From the IMG/VR virus record IMGVR_UViG_3300045988_009032, positions 1 to 6,118 of that record: a stretch of 6,118 nt of DNA. One strand, written 5' to 3'. Of the stretch, positions 4,705 to 6,118 are shown piece by piece. Below the pieces are notes generated by a model, which saw only the letters and a program-made list of their open reading frames with translations, ran no database searches and had not been told where the DNA came from. This stretch comes from a virus. The position numbers and the translations under genes are program-made. Positions within the stretch are counted from its first letter, which is position 1. Every line of letters starts with the position of its first letter.

Positions 4705-6118
4705 CTAATAAGGTAAACCATTTCTATCCAAGTTCTGTACAGCATACACTTGGAAATTAACATTACATAATAACTGGTCATAAGCCACATTATAATTACT
4801 AGTAGTAATCTGCGGCTCAAATATAGAATTCAGCTGCTGAGGACGAATCTTAAATGACTGATAACTCAATGAAGACTGACCAGAGACTTGAATCTGAGAA
4901 CCTTGAAGCGGAGCAACCCAAGATTGGTAAGCAGCAGCAGGACGAAATGCACCATGGACCGTGTCTACGGCGGATTTCCATTGCCAATAGCGAAGATTAT
5001 AACCAATATTGCCAGTAGGAGAGGACGGACTATTATTAAGCACCAGAGAAGGAACAGGCTGCATACCTAATTGGTCGAATGCAGGTTGGGGGAAATCGGA
5101 AACAGACGTACATAACAACTGAGGATTATGGCCTTTAAGAGACCAATCAAGCAGAGGAACAGCATGATAAACACACATAATTACCTGATGCTCAGCACCG
5201 CAATCATAATTAATAGTATGACCAGAGTTAGAGCCAACACCTTTACCGGCAATAACAGCTTGAGAGTTATCAGCAGTCAAGTTGGTGTTCAAAACCTCGT
5301 TAATATTGATAACATTAGACCAACCTCCAATATAATGGGCATGATTACCCATGTATTCAGGGGCCTTAATTCCAAATTGAGCGGCCATCTGGTCTGAATA
5401 ATCTTTACTTGCGAATTGGACTACTTCTTTCCAACGCTGGAGGTATTCTGTCGCACGGATTGAGAGGGCGGATAGGTCAGAGCTTAGAAAAAGAGCTTGA
5501 GAAGAAGATCCATTCGAACCACTCATAGAAACAGAAGTCGACGATGCATCATTTATCAGATTAGTACCAGTCTTAGGATTGAGTATCACATTAGAAGGCA
5601 AATAAGAAGACAAAGACGGCAGAACAGCTACCGAACCATACTGAGAAGCGGGAAGCACGCCGAGGAAATAATCCTTAGGGTAGTTAGCATAGCGCAACTT
5701 AATCATATCAGCAGAAATCTCAACAGAACGCTTACCATCCCAATAATCAACATTATAAGAATAAGCCAAATGTTTCTCCCACTGAGAATTGGAGAAGAAA
5801 TCGAAGTAGATTTTCTGATAGGCGAATATAGGCAGAAGATTCAAATTAATAGAAGTACCGTAAATAAGTGGATTCTGAGAATCCGACAATGAAGTGGTAT
5901 CAAGACCAAGATACTGCATAGTAATCTCTTTCTTCGTAGTGTTTTTAGTACCAATAAATGAACCATAACCAAGCATATCCAATAGCTTACAAGAGCCATA
6001 AGCGAATCCAAAACCAGCGTCATCAACAGTATTAGCAGTTACACGAGCCTGAATTTCAGCAGATATATTACCAACCGGGGCATAGGGAACACTAGATAAC
6101 TGTTCTGTATTAGCATTG
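4705..6118 (-). CDS. VP1: Major capsid protein VP1, central and C-terminal part. It continues from 1-366 across the circular junction. 6064-6118 duplicates 1-55.
   Basis: The frame is open from 6118 down to the stop at 4705-4707. The start the ORF track lists at 5982 is a TTG inside a longer open frame. I translated 5983-6117 by hand (...NANTEQLSSVPYAPVGNISAEIQARVTANTVDDAGFGFAYGSCKLL-DMLGYGSF...) and found no stops. It is in phase with the ATG at 366 (366 + 1359 = 1725 nt = 574 aa plus stop). It is a large jelly-roll-sized protein with typical microviral segments such as YFLGVLPASQYG. Confidence 0.93.
   Translation of the reverse strand, partial: NANTEQLSSVPYAPVGNISAEIQARVTANTVDDAGFGFAYGSCKLLDMLGYGSFIGTKNTTKKEITMQYLGLDTTSLSDSQNPLIYGTSINLNLLPIFAYQKIYFDFFSNSQWEKHLAYSYNVDYWDGKRSVEISADMIKLRYANYPKDYFLGVLPASQYGSVAVLPSLSSYLPSNVILNPKTGTNLINDASSTSVSMSGSNGSSSQALFLSSDLSALSIRATEYLQRWKEVVQFASKDYSDQMAAQFGIKAPEYMGNHAHYIGGWSNVININEVLNTNLTADNSQAVIAGKGVGSNSGHTINYDCGAEHQVIMCVYHAVPLLDWSLKGHNPQLLCTSVSDFPQPAFDQLGMQPVPSLVLNNSPSSPTGNIGYNLRYWQWKSAVDTVHGAFRPAAAYQSWVAPLQGSQIQVSGQSSLSYQSFKIRPQQLNSIFEPQITTSNYNVAYDQLLCNVNFQVYAVQNLDRNGLPY
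6064..6118. repeat. Terminal redundancy, right copy, identical to 1-55.
   Basis: Exact 55-nt match to the window start. Confidence 0.97.

Noticed and set aside
4692-4820. N-terminal extension of the 192-aa version of ORF 4242-4820.
   Set aside because: It overlaps the 3-prime end of VP1 in the +1 frame and reads as hydrophobic junk (MSRRLLLVIIMWLMTSYYVMLISKCMLY...). The ATG at 4691, 13 nt after the VP1 stop, gives a compact non-overlapping gene.
450-5892. Plus-strand ORFs of 60-131 aa: 450-647, 1543-1788, 1816-2118, 2115-2396, 3751-4029, 3821-4054, 4245-4475, 4888-5070, 5128-5397 and 5497-5892.
   Set aside because: All of them are antisense shadows of well-supported minus-strand genes. Their composition is Arg/Ile/Ser-rich and low in complexity, and none has a recognisable motif. 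Known Microviridae encode all their genes on one strand.
1-6118. Search for tRNA genes, CRISPR arrays, transposase/IS ends, or integrase, reverse transcriptase and toxin-antitoxin genes.
   Set aside because: Nothing was found. There is no T-arm GGTTCGANTCC-type motif and there are no regularly spaced repeats. All large ORFs are accounted for by the microviral core genes.

Overview
This window is a complete, circularly permuted ssDNA phage genome of the family Microviridae. Bases 1-55 are identical to bases 6064-6118, so the unit genome is about 6,063 nt. All credible genes lie on the minus strand, so the window shows the complement of the virion/mRNA-sense strand. In transcription order the genes are: major capsid protein VP1, which spans the artificial contig ends (366->1 joined to 6063->4705, about 574 aa); a 149-aa acidic protein that may be a scaffold; the VP2 pilot/minor capsid protein; a 493-nt intergenic region; a 64-aa hypothetical protein; a 27-aa transmembrane peptide; a 102-aa zinc peptidase of the M15 family; and a 559-aa HUH rolling-circle Rep (VP4). 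Genome size, the large Rep and the VP1 N-terminal motifs suggest an Alpavirinae-like, Bacteroidales-associated lineage. That assignment is inference from memory, not a search result. The genome is otherwise packed tightly, with ATGA start/stop overlaps and 2-15 nt gaps. Two things stand out. First, the only long non-coding region (2637-3129) holds a roughly 270-nt island of about 57% GC, dense with hairpins and short repeats, set between flanks of about 23-24% GC. I cannot assign it to any RNA or DNA element family I know. Second, a small membrane peptide is translationally coupled to an M15 peptidase, which looks like a holin/endolysin-type lysis module rather than the single-gene lysis of classical microviruses.
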